Shown here piece after piece: positions 63,434 to 64,000 of a DNA stretch of 64,000 bases; the first letter of the stretch is position 1, and each line of letters opens with the position of its first letter. The stretch covers positions 4,706,115-4,770,114 of the forward strand of contig NZ_JAWPMM010000001.1 of assembly GCF_033344935.1 (NCBI RefSeq), read 5' to 3'. This stretch comes from Reichenbachiella sp. (lineage in GTDB: Bacteria > Bacteroidota > Bacteroidia > Cytophagales > Cyclobacteriaceae). The notes beneath the pieces are model-generated. The model had not been told where the DNA came from. It ran no database searches and saw nothing but the letters and a program-made list of their open reading frames with translations. The translations under genes were made by a program, and so were the position numbers.

Positions 63434-64000
63434 TTATTTTCTTAGATTAACAGGAATTTTCTGGCTTTCTGCAAGGCACAAACGAATCATATTATCAGTA
63501 ATGGCTTTGAGCGCTGTGGAATCTTTGCCTCCTAAGCCATAACCACTACACCAATCCATAGTGCCCACATTATAGATAATTCCAGTTGAGTCCGCTTTTT
63601 TACCAAAGACAAAGGCACCATTTCGGTTATCGCCAAGGGAATCATAAGCCAATAATTCTGTTCTGGCGAACGATTCATTATTCAGTCCAATGGGTTCACC
63701 TTTTTTGTATTTCATCAACACCCCGTCATATTCCTTGGAAGGGACATTCAGAATATCTAGTTTATCTTCTCGCACATCCTGAAAAAGTGGATGGGTCTTG
63801 TCAACTACTTTGTAGCCATTAAAACCAATACCATTTTTTCTACCATATCCTCCCTGGAGAAAATCTGAGATAATACTTTCTCCAATAGGGTAATTAAGTG
63901 AAGGGTCCGACCAATTTACCGTTCGCAATAGTGGATTTTCAATTGGATCTTCCATAGATTTATAGCAAATCATGACGTCATTCTTATCAGAATATCTGAC
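63434..64000 (-). CDS. C-terminal part of a larger hypothetical protein; the gene runs off the right edge
   Basis: The track ORF starts at ATG 63973, but the frame stays open to position 64000 (VRYSDKNDV upstream), so the real start is probably outside the window. I recognise no confident family. Confidence 0.45.
   Translation of the reverse strand, partial: VRYSDKNDVMICYKSMEDPIENPLLRTVNWSDPSLNYPIGESIISDFLQGGYGRKNGIGFNGYKVVDKTHPLFQDVREDKLDILNVPSKEYDGVLMKYKKGEPIGLNNESFARTELLAYDSLGDNRNGAFVFGKKADSTGIIYNVGTMDWCSGYGLGGKDSTALKAITDNMIRLCLAESQKIPVNLRK

Noticed and set aside
1-64000. A search by eye for CRISPR arrays, tRNA/rRNA/tmRNA/RNase P genes, integrases, restriction-modification and known defence-system genes.
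   Set aside because: No regularly spaced repeats, no cloverleaf-like conserved tRNA blocks in the intergenic regions and no recognisable defence enzymes were found other than HigBA. A proper tRNAscan, Infernal or DefenseFinder run would be needed to be certain.

Overview
This is a densely coding chromosomal segment, about 60 genes, that looks like a Bacteroidota genome, probably from a marine Cytophagia- or Flavobacteriia-like organism. The clues are AT-rich DNA (GC not computed), no Shine-Dalgarno sequences, TAnnTTTG-like boxes, PafA, a TonB with a KNPK..DLE N-terminus, Na+-coupled transporters and a vanadium haloperoxidase-like gene. I found no rRNA, tRNA or CRISPR array.

Main blocks:
- **1-14.9 kb:** a phosphorus-scavenging and inositol locus. 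It holds iolC/iolB/aldolase, a LacI regulator with paired palindromic operators, a second PfkB kinase, a PafA-like phosphatase, a two-propeller phytase, a PepSY-like lipoprotein, a two-component system, a purple acid phosphatase and a TonB-dependent receptor.
- **15-17.3 kb:** an AT-rich stretch with an orphan Zn-alcohol dehydrogenase, then a tandem ridA duplication in which one copy has decayed.
- **17.3-29 kb:** housekeeping genes: gltX, accD, lspA-ileS and an RND/MMPL exporter.
- **31-32.3 kb:** an intact IS3-family element with an A_AAA_AAG frameshift site.
- **32.3-44.5 kb:** an ECF sigma/TonB trio, folate and thiol genes, an outer-membrane barrel + DUF3179 pair, an alanine symporter, tesA-like...ybbA/ybbP-like genes and panD.
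- **44.5-45.8 kb:** a small AT-rich islet with a HigBA toxin-antitoxin pair.
- **45.8-49.5 kb:** an amt-porin-glnII nitrogen cluster.
- **51-58 kb:** a hybrid kinase and LytTR regulator next to an outer-membrane barrel + vanadium-haloperoxidase-like + DUF417/RclC-like + SnoaL-like cluster.
- **58-64 kb:** assorted metabolic genes.

I did not recognise any classical defence system or an obviously unprecedented machine. The most interesting candidates are the joined phytate/inositol locus and the haloperoxidase cluster. All product calls come from motif and family recognition by eye, with no database search.
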